From the NCBI GenBank assembly GCA_000320545.1, contig ADNK01000542.1, positions 133,002-197,001 of the forward strand: 64,000 nt of DNA. Reading direction: 5' to 3'. Position numbers and translations under genes: made by a program. This stretch comes from Bigelowiella natans CCMP2755 (Eukaryota; Protista; Cercozoa). Positions 28,202 through 40,968 of this stretch are shown piece after piece. Under the pieces are notes generated by a model. It was not told the origin of the DNA and did not search any database. It saw only the letters and a list, made by a program, of their open reading frames with translations. Every line of letters begins with the position of its first letter. Within the stretch, counting starts at the first letter, position 1.

Positions 28202-29432
28202 TCACTCCATCGACGTACCGCTAGCAACAGGAATCGTGAATGGTTCTGAGGATGAGTCTTTCATGACAATCAAAGTGTCTCCTCGGATGTCTCTGGCGAC
28301 CCGTAGATCAGAATCCATGTACACAGTTTCGAACCACTGAATGAAATCGTGTGAAAAATAATGGTGACTGTTTTTATCATATCGAATTCAATTTTTGGCG
28401 CTAAAATATTTTTCACTGAGAGATCAGATGTGTAACATGTCGATCTCGATCTTTACTAGCAGCGATATAAACATTCCTACCCCTCTTCCGAACGGTGGGA
28501 GTCTAAAGGGTCCAAAGTTGGCGTACTTCACTTCTGCAGACGTGAACACGAAGTTGCAACGATTCGAGTTTATCATATCTCTTTCAAGTGTTGACGACAC
28601 AGAGAAATACCTTCGATAGACAAAGAACCTCAGGAAGAATTTGAGAATATGTAAATAGGAAAAATCAATTTACCCATCATCAAACACAATGAGATTCTGA
28701 AGTCGTCCAGAGACAACGTCTATATCCTGGAAAGCATTCTTAAATGTCTTTCCAAACAATCCATTCTTACGGAATGTTAGAGTTTCCTGGAGAGCAATAA
28801 AATCATACGTGAGAGGAATATTGATGATAAATCGTTTTAGAAACTTTTTCCGTTGTCCAAATCAGTTTCCATCGTCCGTTGAACTGCTTCTTCAGTGTGG
28901 CTTCTGTGATCGGGCTGGCTTCTTCCAACCGGTTGACTAAAGAGAGGACCTCAGCTTTCTTTTCAGAAGTCTGTTCTGCCCCCTCTTTCAGATCTAATAT
29001 TGAGCTAAGTAATTCTTGTTTCAGGGATAATACCTGAAGAATGAAAGTAGTCCAGATTCGACGCATGGAGCTTTCTTCAGTTTAAAAAGATAGAATGCTC
29101 TAATTGTCTATGTTCTTCAAAACCTTGCCATTATTCCGGATATCATTCATGATTCCCTCAAGAAAATTTGTGGAAGCAACAGGATGATTTTTTCTTCGTT
29201 GACATTTCCAAAAGCGCTGCCGCACTTCGGGGCCATGAAAGTATTTATTATTTGACACATGCCATCTTGGCTGAGGTCTCACCCTGAGGAAACATCTTCA
29301 AGAAGTTGCTTGATATCATCAAATCACCTACGATTTTTACCTCAAACAAGTTGCGAAGGGAGAACAGAATAAGAGGGTGATCATCACTGTTGTGACATAT
29401 GAGCGTGCGAAGTACGATTGATCTGCTGCCAT
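28202..29432 (-). CDS. Plastid lipid-associated protein/fibrillin (FBN9-like) with bipartite presequence
   Basis: NGRWKLIWTTEKE, GLFG..FQDIDV..LQNLIVF, LPPFGRG, WFETVYMDSDLRVARDIRGDTLIV. N-terminal hydrophobic signal (VTTVMITLLFCS) followed by an R/K-rich transit-like exon. Confidence 0.88.
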
Positions 29433-29808
29433 TCTTATCGACGTCGGCGGGCGGCAGCGAGGAGCACCACAGAAGGAACCAAGATTTAGACGAATATACA
29501 GGGCATTTCTCATATGATGCAATGTTCTACCCTTGACGCAGGACTGAAATGATACAATTCTGCTTGTAAATGGGTTTTTGCCTATGTCGTAGCATGAAAT
29601 CAGCATCCATTTTCCCAGAATAAATACGGTCACGTTGCCAGAAGGAAGTCACCACTCACTACCACGGTGGTGTGCATGCATGCATGTGTGTGACGCACCC
29701 CCTCTTAATTCCTATCCAATTCGTATGAAGAATCCAGAGATAAATGTTGCATACACCTGCGAAGCTAATTTCCACCCTGATTACACTAATTTGTTCTCAG
29801 TTCTTTCA

Positions 29809-31368
29809 ATGGAAGCAAACGCCCACAGCTCTGAATTTAACCTCGACAAGATCCTGAGGAAGAACATTAAAAAACTCGTACTTGTCCACTTCCAATATAG
29901 TGCCTCAGATTGCTTGCATCTCAGATTTCTTTCTATAATATGGTTTACTGCAGAAACCTTATCGATGTGCCCGAGATGATTACCAAGACGGTATATACAT
30001 CATTGTTACTGTCATCTCAAGGTGGATATGATTGGGTGAATGCAGTCAGCTTTCTTCTTCTGGATTCTTAGGTCTTCTTCTTGATGCGAATGAAAACCTG
30101 TATGGGCCCCCTGAATCCCTCGAAGAGAAGTCGCTACCAGATCTCTTCACATATCCCGACCCACACCAGGTAATGAGAGTGTGTGATAATTCTGATTATT
30201 ATTCTTCTTTGTTTGCTGTTCTCGCAGCTTTAACCACCAGCTCTCCTCATACAACACAACCATTCAGTCAGCATTAAAGAAGCTTTATGGAGAATGGCGT
30301 GGCGTAGCTCCGGAACAAATCTTTGTCGGAGTCGGTAGTAGTTAAACATGAAGAACTAACCTAAGAATTATATTCTACAAAATGTCACACATCATTGCAA
30401 AATATCGAAGGAAGTGACGAAGCAATCGATATGGTCATAAGAATGGTTTGCGTGCCTGGAGAGGTAAACAGCTTGTCTCGAGTTAATGATGATGATAGAC
30501 GTAACTTCACATAACTTCTATAGCTAAGAACATTTAAATTCATTTAAATCGAAGATTAATAGCCTTCCTTCAAAGTAAAATAATTATCAGGATAATATAC
30601 TCATCTGCCCTCCAACATATGGAATGTATAAAGTCTCTGCTGCCGTTAATGATATTGGGTACTCCCTAAAGATATAATATACATTTACATAAAAAAGATG
30701 AAGTCGTTGAATTTGAATCTCGTAATACTGAAAAACGCTCTTTAGAGGGTTCAATTGTGTTTGCTTCAAGTATTTAGATCTTCTTCTTCATGACATATAT
30801 AAATTAGTGTCGCTTGCTTCTGATTGAAATGAATTGTTGTTGCCAGTTTGGTGAAAGTCCCGCTCACTGATGACAGCTTTCAAATTCAGGTCTTCTTCAC
30901 CCTAAAATAAGAATCGTTGTCAGACGCATTTATTTTAAAGATTCTTTTAGCTTGTAGAGTTCCACCAAAATTTCCCTAGAAAGAAGTCCAACGCGAAACT
31001 GTTTAACGTGATCATCTGCCTCAATATCCGTATGTAATCCATTTCTACCCTCTCAGCCGAAGAAGATGTTGGAAGCTCTGAATGAGAAAACCAAGATCAT
31101 TTGGATATGTTCTCCAAATAACCCCACGGCTAACGACATCGAAGCTGATAAAGTAAGGAAGTTCTGCCAGCTAAGATTTGTAAATAAATATCATCGACTA
31201 GAATGGGGCTACTAAGATTTGTAAATAAATATCATCGACTAGAATGGGGCTACTAGCCTATTACTTTTAACTACAAAAACAACTTTTAATCTTGCTGCTG
31301 CTGCATGATCTACTCCTCTGCTGATGAGCACCGTCACTAATTGTGTATTACTATTCCAATTCTTCTTC

Positions 31369-31400
<32 letters not shown>

Positions 31401-31668
31401 CTTCTTGTCACAATAATAAATAAACCCAGATAAAACAAGTATTAGAGAGCAAGTTCAATGGGTTGGTCATTTTGGATGAGGCCTACGTGGATTTTTCACC
31501 TAGGTAGGTATTAGCTAGGTATTAGGTAGGTAGGTAGGTAGGTAGGTAGGTGGTGGGGATTGCCAGCATTGTCCTCGTCATGATCATCGTCGTTGTCTGT
31601 AAGAAGGAGACCCTAGCAGCATTATTTGTTGTCGTCGTGGACATTGTATATATATTTATATATATTAA

Positions 31669-31704
<36 letters not shown>

Positions 31705-31729
31705 CATGGAGGATACCCTAGCTCGATTA

Positions 31730-31774
<45 letters not shown>

Positions 31775-32746
31775 GGAGGATACCCTAGCTAGCAGCTACC
31801 GCACAATGATTCCTGCGTCAGTATGTGTGTGTGGGTGTGTGTGTGGGTGTACGGTTTAGTATTTCTATATAATAATCGATATATATTCACACGATGATGA
31901 TTCAACATGATGATGCTACAAAGGGGGTCTCTGGCATCATGGACTAAAAAGTAAGAGACGAGAGCATCAGCAATGATCACCATCCCATCGGCATGATATT
32001 TATAATAATACTCTTATATCCATCATAGAATCATGATGGAGATTGCTACTGTGCCCAAATAATACCTTGAAGCATTATTGTTCTCATATCAAATACACAG
32101 CACACTAGCAGCACCAACCACAATGACTTCGATTATGATGATCCTACTAGTGTAGTCTAGTATATGATGATGATGATGATGTTGATGATGATGGAATCAA
32201 TTTAACCAATACCAATCATGAGAAAGCTATACGATAATCCAAATGTCAGTTATTATGTGTGCATAAGTTCCACACATACGTTTTGTTATGATGGTAGTAG
32301 GTATAGAGTATAAAATGTGATTCTTTGTGTAACGTTAAGAAGAAAGATAAATAGTTGTAATCGAGAATATCCCTCCTCCACACACATCTCATCCTCATCC
32401 TCATCCACCTCCTCTCCTTCCTACTACTCACCGAATCATCATAGATACCCGAATCTAGTCGTGTTGCAGACATTTTCAAAGTCTTGGGGTCTTGCTGGAG
32501 TTCGGTATTATGATAAATGATGAGGATGATTGATGATGAGAATGGTGGTAATAATATATAATACACGACGATGTTATTATCAGGTGTGGGGTTGCTATAT
32601 CAAGCCCTCAAGTGATAAGCTTCATGGATCGAATGAAAGCACCGTGAGTCATCAATCAACTCAGAAACGAAGATATTGCACTTTACAATAGAGAGAAAAG
32701 GAGTAGGGATATGAGGATGGTGTGTTTTGTGTGTGTTATGTGAGTG

Positions 32747-32783
<37 letters not shown>

Positions 32784-32804
32784 GTTGTGTGTACATATTG
32801 TATA

Positions 32805-32884
<80 letters not shown>

Positions 32885-33081
32885 TGAAAGAGAGGGAGAG
32901 TAAAATCGAAAGCAGATAATGTGCAGCATTGCACAATAATAATACCACACAAAGCAGCAGCTTATGTCCTCTATTCTTGTGGTAGATACAACATGAACGT
33001 GTTAACTTCGTCCGTGGTAGTGAAGAATCTTAAGAAGAAGGAAGAGATGCTCAAAACAGGTTCTCGTAATTGTTGTTGTGT

Positions 33082-33115
<34 letters not shown>

Positions 33116-34058
33116 GGTGGTGGTGGTGGTGGTGCGAATGGTGTGGCTACTATCCTTCACGTATCATTGATGCAATAGTAAGGATAGTAATAGATATTAT
33201 CTCTTTAGTATTACTAAGTTGGATTTATTTGTGTATTCTTTAAGTTGAGGAAATTAAAAACGAGAAGAAAAAGGTGGTGGCTGAGTTGGAGAAGATACCA
33301 CACGTTGTCAAGGTGGTCAAAGCAGTATTTTTATCTGGATCAACCACCACCAAAACAGCTCCTCTGAAGAATAATCTGTTACTAGCTTTCAATAAAATAT
33401 AACTATTTTTATTTCTTTTGTTGTTTTGCAACTTTTAGGTTTTTCCTTCTTCAGCAAATTTCCTGCTATTTCGTGTGAAGTCTCACTCGAAAGTAGAACC
33501 AGCATGAAATTAAAAATGGCACTTAAAATATATCGAGTATTATGTCGTGGATGCTTTTCCCACCACATGTTTTTTCTTGGCTTGTCAGGAAATTTATCGT
33601 GCGATTGCTGCCTCAGGAGTAGTGATTCGGTTAGTGACGTGTGTGCGTGCTGCTGTGTATGCAGCGGCATGTATCATGAACATATGTAAGCATTGATGGT
33701 AGTAATTCGATGAAACTTAAGTAAACAACAAAAATATGATCAAGTTGTCACCATCATCTCTACTCTTGGCGAAGAACAGCTGCGTCGTCCATCTATGCTA
33801 ATTGGTGTTTTTACTATATCATCAGTTATAGGGGGGATAACCACGGTTGTGAGGAATGTCTTCGTGCCACAGTGGCAAAACCAGAGGTATGACTTAAGTA
33901 TTAACACACACCTTAATCAAGCCAACCTTGTACCTATGATAGTGGGAGGTTCAGGTGTGTGTGTGTTTTGGATTAATTTTTGGATGGTAATATAAACACA
34001 GGATACGAAACTCTTCCTGCAGAAACTGAAGCAGGCAATTACCGAGGTCACAAAATGA
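29809..34058 (+). CDS. hisC: Histidinol-phosphate aminotransferase, many small exons
   Basis: PYRCARDDY, LDANEN, YPDPHQ, GVGSDEAID, PPTYGMY, CSPNNPT, LDEAYVDF, and the PLP-lysine motif QTFSKSWGLAGVR. Ends ITEVTK*. Confidence 0.95.
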
Positions 34059-34450
34059 GCATCTACTCGTTCCATCTTTAACTGATTTCAGTGGCAGCGT
34101 GTCTTCCCTGTTTTGATAAGTCTGAGTTCCTAGCAACACTTGCAACACTTGCCAGGAAAATGTCTTACCAAATAAATGTACCATCTGACCAACTATCGTC
34201 AGTATAATGACAGCACCGCAGCAAATTATCAATACATGCACGAGGTATTTGTGTGCATACATGTGACTGCGAGATAATGTTATATATGTGTGTTATATAT
34301 GCACAAGACGGATGAAAGTACATGGTCACATAGTAAGGGGCTCACACCCTTGCATGACTGCTGGCTTATTAGCTTATTAGAGCGGTGCTGTACCGATCGA
34401 GCTAGCTAGCTAGCATTATCGACCTGTTGTCGTGCGTAGTTGTGCTGAGA

Positions 34451-35067
34451 AGGATGTAATGAATGAATCAATTAAACCATATTGCATCAATAGTCATCCT
34501 AATATAGCTGTGCAAATAAGCTGCGGCTACAGCGCTTATGTGTATTATTTGTTAGTCTCAGTTAATTAACATGCAGCGTCGGCTACGTGCATGAGACTAT
34601 ATAAGACGGATTCACAATGCAGCGGCTACAACGCGCATGTTGAATTTGTTGGTTGCTGCGAAACAATCTTGCACTAGTGCACATGCTAGCCTAGTAGCAT
34701 GTGTTGCATGTTTTGTGAACACATTGCTAGATTGGCTAGTTAGACAGCTTAGCCTGTCTATAGCCTGTCCGGCATAACGTGCGCGTAAATTCTCTTCTAG
34801 TTCTCGTCACTGACCATGACAGCATGCTATGGCATGAAGCTGCATGCCAGCGTTTCCAGATCCACAAGTGGCGATTTTGCTAGACACGCCACACATGTAA
34901 TGGCGTTCTCGACAAACATCACGCGTCACGTACACATGACTAGCATAGATGAATGGATGTAATGAAGCGATATTTTTTTTTCAATTATACGACATCCCTC
35001 AACTAGATCCTCATGTAGCTATGCAAAACAGCGGCCACAGCGCTCATGCTATATCTGTTTGTTTCTG
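34451..35067 (+). repeat. Three copies of the dispersed spacer repeat family
   Basis: Copies at about 34451-34555, 34603-34655 (internally deleted) and 34953-35067, sharing GGATGTAAT..ATCCT..TAGCT(G/A)TGCAA..GCGGC(T/C)ACA. Confidence 0.8.
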
Positions 35068-35554
35068 TTGTTATTAGCGTCACATGCACGGCATGCATGT
35101 GGCTAGCATGCGATGCAACGCTACATGCTGCATGCTGGCATGTCGTACTTGCATCCCTACGTCCGTGTACATTCAATGAGATGGTTTGCTGTTGTGATCT
35201 TATATTTAAAGGGCGGCTATGTATGACTCCTGTTAACACATACATTGCACACTAGCAGACGTCGCGTGTGACCTGACCATGGTACATGTGAATGTGGTGT
35301 CTATTGTTGTGATTGGCTCGCTGCATGCGGACACCTCAAGAACCGGCCGCTGCACGTATGGTTGACAAATCGGCTGCGGTGGATGAAAACTAATGAAGAA
35401 ACAAAATGAAGCGATCGGCAATGCATCGAATATTACAAAGTAATCTCTTTTTGATATTCTTACTTAAGCTATAAAGCCATAATAGAATGAACCTGTTACT
35501 ATTTTAAATCCACGCCAATTCACATTAGAAACAAGAATGAATAATAATTTCTTG

Positions 35555-36590
35555 CTATGAGGAACCCAAAAGTTTTTCTATGTCCGAATAGTAATTTCTT
35601 CTGTCTGCATCAAGATTTCGTAAACCTTTAAAAATGTTAGAGATTCTCTTGTTAAATTTGTCGTTATGTACACCTCTAGCTTTTAAGCCTCCAATTAGGA
35701 ATGCTATGGCCAGTAATGCCCATTTGCAGTCAGGTTCAACTTCAAGTAATTCTTCAGCAACATTCTTCTCGCGTTGAAGAATCTTAATTTGTCCTTCTTT
35801 CTCTGCTATAAGTACTTTTTTCGGTTCAGTGAGGGATTTTGAATCCTTTTTCACACCTAACCCGATTACTAGTCCGAGCAGCCACCGATGATATAACCAT
35901 GCACTCTGATCACCTGGATCTGTAAAAAAAGCCTGCTGGAGAAGACTAAATTCTTCGTCGATGAGATTTCTAATATTATCCTTACCAGCAGAATCTAGTA
36001 ACTTTGGTATGATGAAACTCCGATGGTGCCATGCAGAGTAATTTGAAAAATTCTCGTCAATTTTGGAGGAAGAAAAGTGAAGCTCTTCCCCAAGAGGCAC
36101 TTTCCCTACCATCATGACATAACGTCTATAATTCCAACAATGGAAGTTTCTGGAGTCATACCCTAGATATTTTGAGCAAAGTCCGATTTCGGTTTTTAAG
36201 TTAGTGGTTCCCTTTGCTATGACCCACAATCTGTGATGCCATGCGTAGTATGATTTCGGATTCTTACGAAGTGCTGACTCAGCAAGCTTCATCTCTTCTT
36301 CACAAATACTCTTCTTTTCTTCAGGATTCGCTTGTATCATTCGAATTACACTCTCTCTCCGATAATTCCACAAGCTGTAGAAATCTGGATTTATCGCTAT
36401 GAGGCTTCCTGTCAATTCAAACATTTTCGACGAAAAAACTCCCTCGCGATGCGCTTTCAAAACGACTTTCGAAAGCTTGGAATAGTGCTTTACTTTTTTT
36501 AGTTTTTTTTCTCTCTCTGCTTGAGAAACAGCTTCATAGTCCACACGCTGGATTCACAGACGATGTGTGAGTTACATTTATCAAATATGT

Positions 36591-36685
<95 letters not shown>

Positions 36686-36825
36686 CTATTTCTCTCACAC
36701 ACATGAGTGTGACTAATAGAAATGACGCCATCAAAGTCAAGTGGGTTGTATTTCGCTTCCAATGAAAAATTGATGACATACTGCACCGTAATGAACATTT
36801 TGCAATGTACCTTTACGTTATGCAT
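35555..36825 (-). CDS. RABGGTA: Rab geranylgeranyltransferase alpha subunit; exons 36811-36825 and 35555-36547
   Basis: MHNVK|RVDYEAVS start; prenyltransferase alpha repeats NPDFYSLWNYRR, NPKSYYAWHHR, DSRNFHCWNYRR, ENFSNYSAWHHRS, FFTDPGDQSAWLYHRWL. Confidence 0.93.
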
Positions 36826-37751
36826 GGTTCAATTCCTTTGTTTCCAACTTTAAACCAAGATTGAAGGGTTCTTGCTCTTGCTTATCAAAGCAGCTTCGAA
36901 ATTACTATTGATCTATAACTTACGTATTGCCTGCCAGTTTATAGACTAGCTGCTTGAGGCTATGGCTACGAGCAGCGTTGAGTGCGTTGGGTGTCTTCGT
37001 CTTCTAGACTTTCAGCAGTATAAAGACCCACAACTAACCCTCGTCGTCAGTCCTCCTTCCATGCAGTAGTGTGGATCTGGGACGCAAATTTTTGTCATTA
37101 TATTACCCTCTCAGTGGTGAATAATAACATGTCTCACTTATCTATTTCAGCTACATTTTACCTTGCGACAAAGAAAGGGGGTAGTTCATTCATTTTTTTG
37201 TTCGATTTTTTTAGAACTGCTTGTTTTTTGCTTCTTTCTCTCTTTCCCATGCACTAGATCTACTGCGACATCATTTCTTTCTTTCTTTTTCTTTTAATTC
37301 TGCGATATTATTAGTACGACTTGTTTGTTTGTTTCTTTTTCTTTATTTTGTACTGCGATATTATTAGTACGACTTGTTTTCACATTCATGCGTTGTCATC
37401 TCAGTGCTGCTCGTACAAGTAGATCTATTCCTGCATTCCACAAGCAGAGGAGGATGTGATTGTTGGTGGATGGTTATCAAATACTGGTAGAAGGGAAGAG
37501 AAAGGTCTTAGGAAGAAGCAGAAAAAAGAAGAGGAAGCTGGGAAATCCTTACCAGATTTGTCTGCGCACTTAACGCTTGACGCCTGACACACAGTTTCAG
37601 GCAGGGCTAGAGGGCACCCTGTCAGAGTTGAGTTCCTCCATCGCTTCGTTGAACGATATCACCTATTGTACATCAAAGTGAGCGAAGGATCAAGAAAATA
37701 ATTGTTACTGCCTCGAACAACACCGCGGGACGTCCCATCTTCGTTCAAAGC

Positions 37752-39240
37752 ATGGGAAAAGAGAAAAGAGGTTCTAAATTTTCCGCAGATGGTCCGTCTT
37801 CTAAGAGGACTGCAAGCAGGGTAAGCCAGAAGTATGCCTATGCAGAATAAATCTTGATTTTAAACTTACCCGACAGATCGAACTAGCCAAAAGGAGAAAG
37901 GGAAAATCTGGTAATGAGGTTTTAAACATGACAAAAGAGGCCAAGAGTTAAAGCTTTTATGAATAAAATCCTAGGCCATGCTTCGGGTCTGGAGGCTTTG
38001 CTTTCATTGGCAAATGCCGCTGAAATAGAGGAGGAACCTCCATTGAAAGAGAAAAGGAGGTCTGAGCTCGAGAGTGAGGGGAAGGGAACTAAAAGGTCTC
38101 GGCCCCAGCTTCAACTTCAAAGGAAAAAATGTCCGTTGAAAAGTAATACGGGTAGACGGGTAGCTTTGGTGAAAGATATCTCTTAGCCTCTTTCGTTTTA
38201 AATTTATTCCTTACCATCCAAACTTCAAATGTAGGCGAAAGAAACGGGAACACAAAAGATACAACCATTTCTGGTGCACCGCACGGTCCTGGATTTTGTG
38301 CCGTAGGTTGTGCTCCAACTATAGAAAAGGCAAAGCATTGTTTGAGGCATACTGCGATTGCTTATTTCATATACTATCAGCAAAGAAAAAGTATGACACA
38401 GGTGAGCAGTGATTTTCAGTCGCATATTCTTTGCTTGACTGACTTTCTCTCTCATTGGCGTAGTGTGTAAGTCCCGGAGGAAAAACTGCTGCCCACGTTT
38501 CATTAGACCCAACTTTGGAAGCACGGCTGCTGAAAGAGAGGACCAAATGGATGAAAAACACCAAACCAAATTATCTTCAAAGTGCATCAATCGAGAATGA
38601 AACTAGTTTAGAGGCTGCCACATCATCAATGGCATATTTTGATAATGCTAATAAGGGCCAGCAGGAGGCGTCAGATGGAATGCACCGGCATCAAGCAGTG
38701 AAGCTAGTAGGTGAAAGACAGCAGTATTTGGGGAGTGAACACCAGCAACAACCAACGGTAGGGGTAGGATATTACAGATACCAACAGCTACGTCCCTCGA
38801 AAGAGGCAACAGCACATGGAGAAGATGAAAGACATTATCAGCAACAACAACCCACCTACGAAAGAGTTGCAAGACCGTTGTCGTCGTCTGTGGACCGTCT
38901 TCACCGTCCTGTTTTGAATAATCATTCTCTAGGATCACATTCCGTGCCGATGTACATGTCATCACCAATGGTATATGATGAACTTTCGAGATCTAATGCC
39001 GGTGCTGGCCTCCCAATGGATTTGGTTCCCTCCTCATCTTCTAGTGTGACGAAAGGAAATAGTAGTAGTGGGCAACTACTACATAGAGAGAATAACCTTT
39101 ATTTCTCTGCGGCAAAACACATTATGGAGAGAGGAAACGAAAGTGGTAGCCGCCAGCTTGAGCAGCATCTGTACCCTTCGACGAAAGGAATAGGTGACAC
39201 TAAAGACAGTGCATTATTTCAGATTTTTCGTCATCCTTGA
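37752..39240 (+). CDS. Hypothetical low-complexity basic/Gln-Ser-rich protein, multi-exon
   Basis: In-frame GT-AG exons from MGKEKRG through LEALLSLANAAE to the long final exon (38515-39240 ORF). No domain recognised. Confidence 0.55.
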
Positions 39241-39628
39241 TACCCCACTAGGCACGGTTGGAACGAACATTATCAGAGGACACGGGCATCTGCGGGCTGA
39301 AAATAATCTTTCAGAAGGTGATATGAAGGCAGTGGAAAATACTGATCAGTTATTGCAATATGATCATCGGTAGTCAAATAATACGGTAGGGACTTCCAAT
39401 TAACATATACCTCTAGGACATGGCTAGATGGATAGCGGCGGAGAACACATGCACGCATGCGAGTAGCATTGCTGCTGTCATAATAACGCACTCATGCAGG
39501 GGCGACAGCTAGACAGGCCTCTCGGTTTCTATTTAGATGCCTAAATGTGTTTAGGTTCACAATACAAATCCCATGCACATGCATCACAAATGACGCCAGT
39601 CACTTGTGATGTAAGGATACAAATATTA

Positions 39629-39962
39629 GAAGACGGATGTAATTAATCAATTAAATTTGTTCAATGGTTATCCTTGTGTAGCTGTGCAATGCAGCGGCTA
39701 CAGTGCCAATGTTGAATCTGTTGGTTTCTGCTATGATGTATTTCATGCGAGCAAATTCATGTTGTTTCGGTTTTGGTCTGTGGTGTCGCGCATTAACATC
39801 GCGCAGCAGTTCGTATTTCCTTCTATTCTCATCAGATGTCAGTCTTTTCGTTTCGTCCTCGCATATCACTAACTAGCTAAGGCCGTGAGCTGGTTCCTCA
39901 AGCGGCGTGGATGTGTGGTGTGCAATGAGCAAGAAAGTAGGTGATCCACATCTTCGGTGACA
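39629..39962 (+). repeat. Best-preserved copy of the dispersed spacer repeat family
   Basis: AGACGGATGTAATTAATCAATTAAATTTGTTCAATGGTTATCCTTGTGTAGCTGTGCAATGCAGCGGCTACAGTGCCAATGTTGAATCTGTTGG, with downstream similarity to 12650-12950. Confidence 0.85.
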
Positions 39963-40029
39963 TATGCAGACGCTTGTACAGTGCGCATCGCTAGATCGTG
40001 CTTCGGCCACAATGCTGTCAGTGTTCTTT

Positions 40030-40530
40030 TCTCCCGGACTAGTGTGCCAAAATGCGATGCTCTAGATGTCGTCTAGCTAGATGTGTGTCTAGTAGCGGTG
40101 TGTGTGCGGCAGCCCGGGCTTGGCAATACTGTCGTCGCTATGAGCAGGCGTACGCAGGAACATGCATGCTAGCATGCATTAGCTAGCTAGTGCAGGCTAG
40201 CAGGCCTAAACTAGTGCACTCTAGCACTGCTAGACGAGGCTTGTAGGCTAGCTAGCTAGTCTAGCTAGTGCTAGAGTGTGCTAGTGTGTGCAAGACGACT
40301 AGAGCATGCGGTCTAGTGGTGCGCGTGGCCATCAGTCTAGACTAGAAGAACTAGAGAAGTGCTCATGCTGGCATTTGTGCATCACATGGCCGGGCTAGCG
40401 GGGTTGCACATCTAGCTTTGTAGAGCTCTAGATAGCTAGCTAGCTAGCTAGAGCTAGAGCTGTATGAAATATAGCAGATGCTCGGCTCTAGCTAGCTAGA
40501 TCGTTAGCTGCATGCACTATCTAGCTATTG
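40030..40530. repeat. CTAG-saturated low-complexity tract
   Basis: Roughly 30-35 CTAG tetramers in 500 bp by manual count, including (CTAG)3 runs. Confidence 0.9.
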
Positions 40531-40968
40531 CAGATAACTTTAATGTCGTTAGCTGATGCCAAACTTGTTAGCAAATTTCAATTCACGACGCGATTACTTG
40601 CAGCAGCATCATGTCATTTTCATGAACTTTCGCACCGCAGCTACGCTCACCAAGAAAACAACATCTGCGTGACCACGATCTAGACGATGCATTCGATTCA
40701 TTTTAAAATGAGCGTGGCTAGATGGGACATATCAGTATGTAGTAGTGTAGCGTAGACAGCATAGCATCAATTTGCCCACAATCTTCATTCCATGTAGAGC
40801 TAGGTAGTTTATATTTATAATTATTGGCTTTGTTGGCACTTGTAATACAACCAAAAAGTGATGACAGAATATTACAGAGGTTAAACTAATTCACACACTA
40901 AATTCATGTACACACTGCTAGACTGCCGAGTCCAGATTTGCCAAGTTCATACACGTCGACGTAACTAG

